A DNA stretch of 61,490 nucleotides, counting the filler, from Asterionella formosa (taxonomy: Eukaryota), in the NCBI GenBank assembly GCA_002256025.1. It is 19 parts of 19 records of this genome, joined end to end, with 100 filler letters (N's around TTAATTAATTAA, not from the genome) between each part and the next. Parts side by side here need not be neighbours in the genome. Positions count along the whole stretch, not along the records: positions 1 to 3,149 come from NKIB01014429.1; positions 3,250 to 6,398 come from NKIB01014430.1; positions 6,499 to 9,646 come from NKIB01014431.1; positions 9,747 to 12,894 come from NKIB01014432.1; 15 more parts are not named here. One strand, given 5' to 3'. Made by a program: the position numbers and the translations under genes. The notes beneath the pieces are model-generated. The model saw only the letters and a list, made by a program, of their open reading frames with translations, was not told where the DNA came from and searched no databases. Every line of letters starts with the position of its first letter. Within the stretch, counting starts at the first letter, position 1. Shown piece by piece: positions 1-9,803 of the stretch.

Positions 1-1344
1 GATGACGATGACGATGACATTCCAACCCTCTTGAACCTCGACGACATTGACGACACTCCAGATTTAGTCATCCTTGAGACCTACGACGATGATGTTGATG
101 TCGCCTCAGCGCCCCAACATATTCCATTGCCGCCTTGTCCCGTCACCATCCTTTCTGGTTTCCTAGGAGCGGGCAAAACCACCCTCATACAATACATTCT
201 TCAATCCGCTGATCATGGGAAACGAATCGCCGTGATTGAAAACGAGTTCGGTGATGGGTTGAATGTGGAAACAATGATCGCGAAAGATGGACTTTCGGGC
301 GGCTCTCTGCAGGAATTCATCGAGCTACCCAACGGATGTATTTGTTGCACAGTCAAAGATAACTTGGTGACTGCACTTGAAGCATTGCTAGAAAAGCGAC
401 AAGATCTAGACTATATTTTGATTGAGGCTAGTGGAATGGCCAACCCTGGACCCATCGCAACCTTGTTTTGGCTGGACGATGCTCTTGAATCGAGATTGAA
501 ACTCGATGGAATTATAGTATTGGTAGATTGCTACCATATATTGGAACAGCTACGTTCAACACAAGAGGCATCCCAACAGATCGCCTATGCTGATCGAATT
601 ATTCTCAACAAGGTGGACCTAGTGGAGGACATTGGCCCCATGGTGACTGCCATCCGGGAGATCAACAAAGCTGCTCCCATCCAACCAGCTAGCTTTTCAC
701 AAGTATCTGACTTGGCATGGATTTTGGAGGCGAATTGTTTTGATGTCAATCGAACAAGGAGAACGGATGCACTCCTCACAGATCGAAACCATCCATTATG
801 CCCTGATGGTAACAACTGCCAAGATTGTGACTTGAAAAGAAATCTATTTTTGCCGACATCGGAACAACAACACCAACACACTAACTCGATTAGAACAATA
901 GCACTTGTAAAAGAGGGTTCGGTGGACTTGAATAAAATAAACAAATGGCTAGCATCAATCTTGTGGCCTAATCAAGATGAACAAGACAAGATTTTGCGAG
1001 CAAGGCTCGAAGGCAGAAATATAATACAGAACCAGGGACATCAATCTACAACATTCAACAAGATGGAACTCTTTCGAATCAAAGGGATCCTGAGTATTTA
1101 TCACCAAGATGTCAACGAGGAAGATCGAAATTTCATTGATGCAGCGGGCCTTGACATAAGACGGTATATTGTACAGGCCGTGCATGACCTGTGGGAAATC
1201 TACCCGGCGAGTGCAAATCTTCGATGGGATGAAGCAATGGAACAAGAATCTTTACTGGAAGGTCGCTCGTGTAAGGTTGTTTTTATAGGGCGTAACCTTC
1301 GAGAGGATCAGCTGACAACAAGCTTCGAAAATTGTTTTGTTTAA
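1..1344 (+). CDS. ZNG1: COG0523/CobW-family G3E GTPase, zinc metallochaperone ZNG1 (CBWD)-like; 5' truncated at window edge
   Basis: Walker [14 protein letters not shown], CxCC motif (GCICC), IEASG, NKVD and a CobW_C region (FRIKG...VFIGRNL). Frame is open from base 1 ([23 protein letters not shown]), so the start codon lies outside the window. Confidence 0.92.
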   Translation, partial: DDDDDDIPTLLNLDDIDDTPDLVILETYDDDVDVASAPQHIPLPPCPVTILSGFLGAGKTTLIQYILQSADHGKRIAVIENEFGDGLNVETMIAKDGLSGGSLQEFIELPNGCICCTVKDNLVTALEALLEKRQDLDYILIEASGMANPGPIATLFWLDDALESRLKLDGIIVLVDCYHILEQLRSTQEASQQIAYADRIILNKVDLVEDIGPMVTAIREINKAAPIQPASFSQVSDLAWILEANCFDVNRTRRTDALLTDRNHPLCPDGNNCQDCDLKRNLFLPTSEQQHQHTNSIRTIALVKEGSVDLNKINKWLASILWPNQDEQDKILRARLEGRNIIQNQGHQSTTFNKMELFRIKGILSIYHQDVNEEDRNFIDAAGLDIRRYIVQAVHDLWEIYPASANLRWDEAMEQESLLEGRSCKVVFIGRNLREDQLTTSFENCFV

Positions 1345-1372
1345 ATTGAGTTGAGATTGCCATAAAAATGAA

Positions 1373-2815
1373 CTACTCTTCGTTGTTACCAGTGACTAAC
1401 GCTGTAGTCTCGCTGATAAATGAATCGTTCAAACTCATTTTCCGTTCTTGAATGCTGTCACTGATGCGTTGCCAGTCTGCAGTCGTATAGACGATTACAA
1501 TGATAGCATTTAGAATCGCATAGAAGATTGGTAAGTGATCCCATATAGCCGGCACGCCTCCACCCTTCCGAATGGCGACATGTACTATGACTGGCAGAGC
1601 GATGCACCAAAGAATGGTACATATCACAGCTGCTAATTTCCATTGTAATCCAAGGGCTCGCATGATTCCTGAGTTGATTCCAAAAATAAAAATCATCACG
1701 ATGTATATGCAAACATTGAACCAAATTTTCTGGCAGCCCTCAACGACCTCTTTGTCTTTAGAGAATAGTCCAATAATCTCATCTTGTAGGTGATAAATTG
1801 TCGTTACCAATACGAGAGCAACCATAATTGCGCAGCCCATGCAACCAGCTGCTAAAAGCTGTGCCTTCTTGACGGACTCGCCAAGGACGTGGCCGATTCG
1901 AATACTTAGCCCAATCGAGAGGCCCAAGGGGATCATAAACATTACAGGAATCAGATTATATGCGATAGAATGAATGCATAAAGGCACCACCCCCAAATGT
2001 CCCACCAAAAAGCAAATAGCCTCCCAAAAGTACCATTCGCTCATTGATAATAAGCCACCTGACGACAACGAGATGAAGGTTACCATCGGACCCAATGACA
2101 CAGCCTCGCTGATCGCAGACAACGACAGTCCTGGCCACGATTCAGCCTTGTAAGAGGGTTTCCAATGAATATATACAAGTACCAGCATTGCTTGCATCAT
2201 TTGAGTTAGAACGATAGCAAAACCACTTCCATCGAAACCGAACGACGGCACAAATAATCGTAAAAGAAGTGGATGAATCAGAAAGCACCCAATAACAGCA
2301 CTGCATAACATTGGCCAAACAATATGTTGGCATGCAAGAAAGCGTTGAAGCGTTCGAAAGAACAAAACAAACGGAACACCTAGAATGTAGATTCGGAGCC
2401 AATTCGCTGCCAAGTCGGCAGCAATAGGATCCTGGCCCAGGTCGTGAAATATTCTGTCCATAGCAGTGCCGAGCAAAAGAAGAGGAATAACCAAGACCAT
2501 TCCACACAGAATAAATCCCCGAATGGCTAGTTCGCCAATTTCTCTGTAATTACCAACTGCGAAAGCTCGAGGCATTAACGTATCCGCTGCTGTCAATACT
2601 CCCATAATGATAGACAGACACGACATATTTCCAGTAAGTGACGCCAGTGAGAAACCAGCCAGTTCCTCTGTCCCTAAATTTCGGCCGACAACTGATGCAG
2701 TCTGTGGATAGATGAAATAGATACTAAATTGAATTGCTACTGTAGGAAGCGCGATGTTGACGAGCAGCCGAACTTCCTGAAACCAATCAATGGCTGAAGA
2801 ATCTTTGTTCTGCAT
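1373..2815 (-). CDS. MATE (multidrug and toxic compound extrusion) family transporter
   Basis: 480-aa ORF with about 12 hydrophobic segments and MATE motifs (VGRNLGTEELAG.SLA, DTL.P.AF, LQRFL..Q, SIRIG..LG, GIMRALG). Convergent with ZNG1; stop codons are 28 nt apart. Confidence 0.93.
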   Translation of the reverse strand: MQNKDSSAIDWFQEVRLLVNIALPTVAIQFSIYFIYPQTASVVGRNLGTEELAGFSLASLTGNMSCLSIIMGVLTAADTLMPRAFAVGNYREIGELAIRGFILCGMVLVIPLLLLGTAMDRIFHDLGQDPIAADLAANWLRIYILGVPFVLFFRTLQRFLACQHIVWPMLCSAVIGCFLIHPLLLRLFVPSFGFDGSGFAIVLTQMMQAMLVLVYIHWKPSYKAESWPGLSLSAISEAVSLGPMVTFISLSSGGLLSMSEWYFWEAICFLVGHLGVVPLCIHSIAYNLIPVMFMIPLGLSIGLSIRIGHVLGESVKKAQLLAAGCMGCAIMVALVLVTTIYHLQDEIIGLFSKDKEVVEGCQKIWFNVCIYIVMIFIFGINSGIMRALGLQWKLAAVICTILWCIALPVIVHVAIRKGGGVPAIWDHLPIFYAILNAIIVIVYTTADWQRISDSIQERKMSLNDSFISETTALVTGNNEE

Positions 2816-3149
2816 GATTTCAAAACGAATAATAACCTCTGGTTGTTCGTTCTTTGCTGTTACAAGGCTGCTACTCTACTTTGCATGAATGAACTCTATT
2901 GCTCGTCGAGTTCGATTGTGGCACCGTGATATGTACAAAAGCAACAAACAAACGACTCTGATGTGGCATCATTGAAATTCGATCAGCAAAAATGTTCTGT
3001 TCCCACTACAATTTCGTTGGAATTGGGAACTGTTCGAATACAAATATGAAATCAATGTATTCCTTTGTTGCTTTTCTAATCTGTCGTTGTCTAGTACCGG
3101 TACCACCACCGCCGTAATTCATTGACGCGGCATCCTTATTACCGGTACC

Positions 3150-3249
3150 NNNNNNNNNNNNNNNNNNNNNNNNNNNNNNNNNNNNNNNNNNNNTTAATTA
3201 ATTAANNNNNNNNNNNNNNNNNNNNNNNNNNNNNNNNNNNNNNNNNNNN
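3150..3249. other. Artificial contig-join linker (first of 18)
   Basis: N44-TTAATTAATTAA-N44, which puts stops in all six frames. Identical 100-nt linkers start at 3150, 6399, 9647, 12895, 16143, 19388, 22634, 25878, 29122, 32363, 35604, 38845, 42085, 45321, 48557, 51792, 55027 and 58260. Contig lengths fall from 3149 to 3131 nt. Confidence 0.99.
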
Positions 3250-5159
3250 TCTGCCCTGCAATGAATCTTCCACTTACCTTTGGATTTTGGTCTACGCAAG
3301 GTAACTTTGGTGCAGTAGAGGAACTGGTAGGAAACGCTGAAGTTACTGCAACCGCTCTTGCAATGAAAGAGGCGTGTCAGGAGGAAATATATCTGACACT
3401 GAATGTGCATGAACGAGGAGACTGGGCTGACAAAGGACGTGATTTTCAGTGGTGGAACAGTCTGACTGGTACGGATCGCTTGCCTGTACTGAATAGGCCT
3501 CGACTCACTGTTAGTTACGATATGGGCTGGCAGCAGCGGTTGAGTGGGAATAAGTACAACTCTGTGAGTGGACATGCTTTTTGTATTGGCGGCTACACGA
3601 AAAAGATACTAGACTACAGAGTGAAATCTAAGGTTGTCTGTAATGTGTGCAACAGGGCTATACGGTACAAGAAACCAATCAAGGAACATGTTTGTCCCAA
3701 GAATCATGTAACTGGTAGTTCGAAAGCAATGGAACCAGATGCTGGTGTAGAAATGATGATGGATGCAGTAATGAAAAACAATGTTATCTACTCTACAATC
3801 ATCTGTGATGATGATTCTACTATTCAAGCTGTTTCTACTAAGTGGTCCTATGAGGAGTTATTGAAACTACAGCCATCCTTCCAATGGCCAAGAACATTGA
3901 AAGGATTGAAAAATTCGGACAAAGGATGCCTTCCACTGACTGTACCCGAACCTACATTTCTGTCTGACCCATCCCACAGAGTACGGATCCTTCTCCGCCC
4001 AGCTTTTATGAAATCCAATGGCCGAGTCTCCCTCGAGCATCCCTCAAAAGCAGATTGTCTCCGGTTGAAAGTTTCTATGGCGCTTGGATTAAAAAAAACC
4101 GGAACCTCTCTCTGGCCGAATTTAGTATTTCCTCCAAGGCACCAATCAACCATTTATTTGGCTGCCACAATTACTGCTCTGAGACATGGTGCCCTGTAAA
4201 AGCAGGAAAAATGGTTAGTAACGGAAAATATCATGACAAGGAAAAGGAAAAAGAATTTTACGAATGGTTAATGCTGCATGTTGCAACGAAAGTCGAAGGC
4301 GAAAAGCTACTATCATTGCATCATCCCTTTGACATGCAGATTAATGAGGCAATGAACAATGCAGTGTTGCGACGATGCATGTCCAAAAAACAAGGTGTTT
4401 GCGGGATCTGGAGGCCTTCAATATCGAGTGGCTTCGATTGCTGGGCAACACACACAAGGAGCAACACAATACACAAGGAATGTATACAAGTAATGTGGAA
4501 TGCAGATGTCAGCACTGCAAGAATCCTTCTGGAGACAAAAAGAAAAGCGACGAAGTGACGATGGAGCCTATAAAGCACAATTCAAACAAAAGAGGAAACG
4601 AAGCAAAAGAATACATGCAGCACAATTCGAAACAGTCAAACAGGAAAGGCAAGATAACAAATCAGGTAAGACTTACGGTTCTGTTGTTGCGCTCACCAGA
4701 AGGGAACATCAGGAAACAAGAAGGAAAGGAACAAATGTCTGCAATCATTGTGGCCGCAATGATCATCAAAGAAAAAGCAGCGCACTCTGTCCATTCAATG
4801 TACCGGCAGGCAAAGTGCCTGATCACACTGGTATGCGTATGATCAATGATGATCAGCTACCTACTACTGTGGATATTGTACCGGCCAACAACCAAGAAAA
4901 TGTTACATGTGCATCCAGTGTGGCCAGCTTGGGTTTGCAAGACCGCGCAAACCAGCCCAATCAATTGTCGGTAAGTAATTGAACTTGACCAATCAAAATA
5001 TTTATAGTGAAGCGTGCACTTACAATGGAATTTTTTGCACAGGCGATTGTAGGACGAAAAATCGAATCACAAGACTCCTATTCCGATGGTGACGTTTCGG
5101 CAATTAGTGATTCTGATTCTGACATTTTGGTGACAGTTGAAAAGGCCGATATTGTCTAG
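3250..5159 (+). mobile_element. Mutator-like (MULE) DDE transposase, frameshifted and 5' truncated
   Basis: Motifs VSYDMGWQQR..NS.SGH..IG..TKKILDY..KSK.C..C, HVCPKNH.GSSKAME, ICDDDST and DPSHR. Continues across frameshifts (ORFs 3261-4199, 4055-4558, 4500-4982) to a C-terminal CxxC-H-C knuckle (CNHCGRNDHQRKSSALC). A probable phase-0 intron at 4971-5042 leads to a stop at 5157-5159. Confidence 0.8.
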
Positions 5160-5235
5160 CTCAACGTTGGCAGGGTTTGAAGAAGAGTTAAGTACATAGG
5201 TAACCTTCATATAGCCCCAGAAGGTAACTTTCGGC

Positions 5236-5352
5236 GAGAAACTGCAGAAAGGAATTTCGGTTTTTTTACTAGGCCAAATAAACGAGTTAGCTCGGTAAAA
5301 TCCACTATTTTCAGCATAGTTAAAAAACCGAATTTCCTTTCTGCAGTTTCTC
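5236..5352. repeat. Inverted repeat: 36-bp arms (34/36 match), 45-bp spacer
   Basis: GAGAAACTGCAGAAAGGAATTTCGGTTTTTTTACTA (5236-5271) matches the reverse complement of 5317-5352. Confidence 0.95.
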
Positions 5353-6498
5353 TCCAGATCCTATATCCTGACAACATACAGCGTTGACCTATACCCCTAC
5401 TTTGTCAGAAGACTGTATCTAAGCATATGGAAAGGGTGTATATTGGTGAAAGCTCTGTTTAGCGATTTACGTTTTTGGCGTAAGAAGTGTGAGTTTGACT
5501 ACTCTGACTCAATTTTAACCCTACCTCGAGCTAGGGGTTCAAATGCAGGAACCTTAGAAACTTCGTGCTGACAAGCGATAATTCTACGTACTATGTAATA
5601 ATGGTATTCTGACTCTATTTTCGGTGCTTTCCACAATACGTTACCTGGTAGCCAATAGGTACACCATACGATGTGCATGATCGACCTCCATCACTCATGT
5701 AGATAGGTGTGCGGAAAATTTCATGTACTACTCCCTCTGTTCATGTATACCAGGTAGCTGCAACCAAACTTCAGTTCACTGCATGGTGCATACAATATAT
5801 ATTCTAAGTGAGCGGTCTACTAGAATTAAGTGAACCTGACTTCGGTTTTTTTGGCGCATTCGGAATGTATGCCCAGGAACCCCCCCTCCCTTCCCTTTTT
5901 GTTGGCGCTGCCTTCGTTAGTTAATAGACAAAAGAAGAAGATTTGACACCAGCACACCAGGGACAATACATCGTTGATTGCTCGCTTCGAAGCCACAAAA
6001 GGGACGAGATCGGAGGCAATGAAATGGACAACGGGCTCATAGTAATTCCAGGTGTTTAACTCCAGTTGGCTAAAAAGCTCGACGTCAGTAGAATCAAAAT
6101 GTATTGTTTCTAGAAGCGCGCACTCGAATCGTTCACAAACGGAGATAGTGAAAGTTTCTTTGCAGTGTCCTGGAAAAAAAGAGTGGGAGAGGTATAAAAT
6201 ACTCACCCACAAATATTACAGCAGCTGTCAGTTCCATACCTCGCTCGCCATCAGCAACAAACTTACCGCACCACATTGGCTCAGAAGCTTGGTCTTCCTG
6301 TTGCCACTGTATTGAATTATACTAATTTGAAGAAGATAGAAGTCATTCTGTCTGATTTATTTGTTGTCAGCCTTTCTTGAATATCGCATAGTACCACTNN
6401 NNNNNNNNNNNNNNNNNNNNNNNNNNNNNNNNNNNNNNNNNNTTAATTAATTAANNNNNNNNNNNNNNNNNNNNNNNNNNNNNNNNNNNNNNNNNNNN

Positions 6499-8758
6499 TA
6501 CACAAGGTGGGGGCATCACAACTAGTGTTCCTGCTTGACTCTGAGAGGGGTGGCGTGCTGTCGTATAATTTTCGTCAAGGCGCTGCTCTTGGTGTCTCAC
6601 ACTCAGATGGCTTGCTCTTTTCTCTGCAACCTTCCTACTGTCAGAACAGAGTTTAGGGAGTGCAATCTTACAGCTTTCAAACATTCTACGGCGCCGCTGA
6701 CGCCATACAAAACCCAGTATCAACAACAAAGCCAGAAAGATCCCAACGGAAACACCTGCGATAAGAGCAATGCTAATAGAGCTATTCGGAGCAACTGGAC
6801 AGGTATCAGAAGGAACAGTTTCGCCAAGTTTGCAACAGACTCGATTCTAAGGGCGGAAATAGATATGAAGAGCATACATTGTTGGAGGTGTGAGTAAACA
6901 ACAATTCTCTTGTAGAAGTAACATATGTCTTCCTTGTGAAACTCATTTGTGCGACTTCTGTAAATATATATAGAAATTGCGACGATAACTTACAAAATAC
7001 GGTTTGCCACTATAATTGGCATTCATCCACAAATAATCAGGATAGTCAGCGACCGATGGACACTTGGCAGCCTCGACTTGCACAAAGTCACTGACATTGC
7101 ATGCATTGACATCACATATTGCTTCATCACCAGCAGAACTGAGGCGACGAAATGATTCGAGCTCACAAAGAGTCAAGTTCAACGAAGGACAGTTGGCTGT
7201 TGATGCTTGCACAATTCTCTGGACAGCCGCCTCATTCCCAATGTCGGATCCCAAAGCCTTATTAATAGCGCTCAGTGGAAAGTTCATGCCGACCACTCCA
7301 AGAAAAAGAGGGGGATTGTGAGCACGATCATAGACAGGTGCTGATACTCCGGTGCCAACCACCCCGCCTGTGGCAAACTTGTAGGGTTCCACCCATGCCA
7401 CAAAATCCTTGTTGCCGAGTCCAAGAGCAAATAGCCGATAGTACGAAGTCAAACTCTCAAACAGCTTGTCCTCATCATCAATCTTGGACCAAACACCCAG
7501 TTCAGTTGAGCATGCAAGTTCCCTTGGGAATCTGTGAACATCGTCATTCACTGCTCCGATGCTGTATGTGAAGAAGAGAATGGGTTTGCCACTCGAATGC
7601 ATGGTTGCGTTGAGTCGTGTTGCAACAAGATCGATGACGTTCTGCTCTGATGCGTTCTTTGGATCTGTCATTAAACCGTCGGTCAGAAAAAGAATAGCAG
7701 AGTTGCAATTATTGTTAAGTTCTGCCTCAATGGTCTTATCCAAAGTGTCGAAGGCACTTTCAAGGGCGGCAAGGAAATTGGTGGCACCATCAGCAGCAAG
7801 ATCATTAACAGCCTTGACAAGAAAGTCTCTGTTTGTGGAATTCGCAGTCAGCATACGACCTTCACTGTCACCAATCACACGTGCAGAAGAGGAAAAGGCG
7901 ACAATGGCAATCCGATCTCCAACTGTCAAAGTCTCGATGACGTGAATGGCTGCTTTCTTGAGAAAAGCAAATCGCTGACCATTGACATTAATCATTGATG
8001 TTGATATATCAAGAACCAAGACGACATTTTTCGGACCAGAGCTGGCAGCAATATACCATGGTCGAAGTCGGGGATCAAAGTAACCACATTTTTCATAGTG
8101 ACGGCCAGGAAAAATGCGGAACATGCCCTCTTGCGATCCGAAAAACATTGGAGGGGGAGAATCCACTCCAACGGAGCGCCAATAATGCATATCAGTACGA
8201 CGCTTATTGAGAAAGAAATTCATCAAGTTGTCTTGTGTAACACACACTCTCAATAACCTGGTTGACAACCAAACAACAAAGCAAACAACAAAGCAGCCAA
8301 ATTTGTGAGTTTTCAACCGTCGATGCAACATTCTAGTATTGAAACACTAAGCGCAGAGCAAGCACACATGGATAGTTTACCTGAGGATTCGTTGGGTTCC
8401 CGTGGTTACCATTGGCAATCTTAGAAGGCAAGACGACGTTTGATGAGTTGAAGTCAAACAAGGCAGCACATGTATCACTGTTGCCTGTACTGCAATTCGT
8501 AGCAAACTCATCACTTTTATAGCAGGTTGGACTTGGAAACTGGGAAACACAAGAGTCGAAATTGTTGCGGCCACAGTCAATAAGAGCAGTGGTGCATCGA
8601 TCTTGAAAGGCAGCTTCGACTGCTTTGGCTAGCTCGAGAACGTCCATCTCCATCTTGTCCATGAGTCGGTCCAGTTCCACCGTGCCTGCCATAGTGGAAG
8701 CAGACAAGAAAACGAGCACGAGGGCAGTCGTGGTAGCGAAAACAAAGAAAGGTTTCAT
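6499..8758 (-). CDS. VWA- and Cache-domain type I membrane protein (alpha2delta/CACHD1-like); 3 exons, one apparent frameshift, 3' truncated
   Basis: Signal peptide (MKPFFVFATT...). Exon 1 8758-8381, intron 8380-8258 (GTAAAC..CAG), exon 2 8257-6994, intron 6993-6847 (GTAAGT..TAG), exon 3 6846-6499. Motifs: FDPRLRPWY..ASSGPKNVVLVLDISTS (MIDAS), ILFLTDG, W.EPY..A...GV..PVYD....FLGVVG (Cache), and a TM segment IALIAGVSVGIFLALLLILGFVW-RQRRRR. One extra T near 8217. Confidence 0.85.
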
Positions 8759-9436
8759 TGAGACAATTTAGCTACCGGTAGATGAAATTAGGTACGGTTG
8801 AAAGTTTTGTTATTCAAACATTGTCTGTGTTCGACAAGTGATTTGATTCCATTTCTAGATTAGCTGCCTTATAGTAATGGAAAATACCCTGTACCGGTAC
8901 ATTTGTTTTTGTAAAACGTGGTGGAGTACCAGGTGTAGTCGAGGATAAACAAGCAAGCAATCCTAAAACACGAATCAAATTTGAAAACTAGACCTCGCAA
9001 TGCGGAACGCCCAGCTCGACCGGCATTCATCAGGATCTGACATCAGAATCGAGTTCGCTCTTCTGCATTAGCTACACTACCGGTAGCAGAACCGAAAATT
9101 TTCTAGTACCTGGTACCTGGCAGCAGGTGTAACTGGTTCTTTAGCTTTTGTCTACCGGTACCTTTATTTATAGAGTCCAGGTAAACGGTAGTAATATCCA
9201 GTGCTGACTTTTATTGTAATATTGAGCACTCATTCGTGTGGATTAGACGACTGCGATTATGGCGGTGCGTGAACAGGTATGTACCAGGTACCCTGGGCGG
9301 TACTGCCAGTTGGTACCAGGTACTGGTACCAAGACTGTACAGACGTAGCTCCGATGTAACGACGGACAGAATGTGATTCCCAAGATATCATGAATAATAA
9401 GCAACATGAACATCAGATACACTTCACAACTTCGCC

Positions 9437-9646
9437 ATGAGGACTGTGAAAGTGGCTCCCTTTCTATTTACCATCTCTGGCTTACTATTGCTCTTGAACG
9501 TTACCACTGTGTCGTTTGACTTTTCTCCCCCAATGTCGCTACGGAAGAACAAAGCGTCGAGCGGAGAAGGCGCTTCACTGCAGCAAGCCATGCAGCCTTT
9601 GTCCTCCAACAAGAAGCGAGACTCTGTTATTCTCTACAGCAAACAT
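9437..9646 (+). CDS. 5' fragment of a possible signal-anchored or secreted protein, cut by the contig end
   Basis: ATG followed by a hydrophobic stretch (APFLFTISGLLLLLNV), open to the contig edge. No domain recognisable. Confidence 0.35.
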
Positions 9647-9803
9647 NNNNNNNNNNNNNNNNNNNNNNNNNNNNNNNNNNNNNNNNNNNNTTAATTAATT
9701 AANNNNNNNNNNNNNNNNNNNNNNNNNNNNNNNNNNNNNNNNNNNNATGCTAAAAAATATATATATGTATCCATCCTCCCTCCTCCTCCATCAGCCATAT
9801 TAC

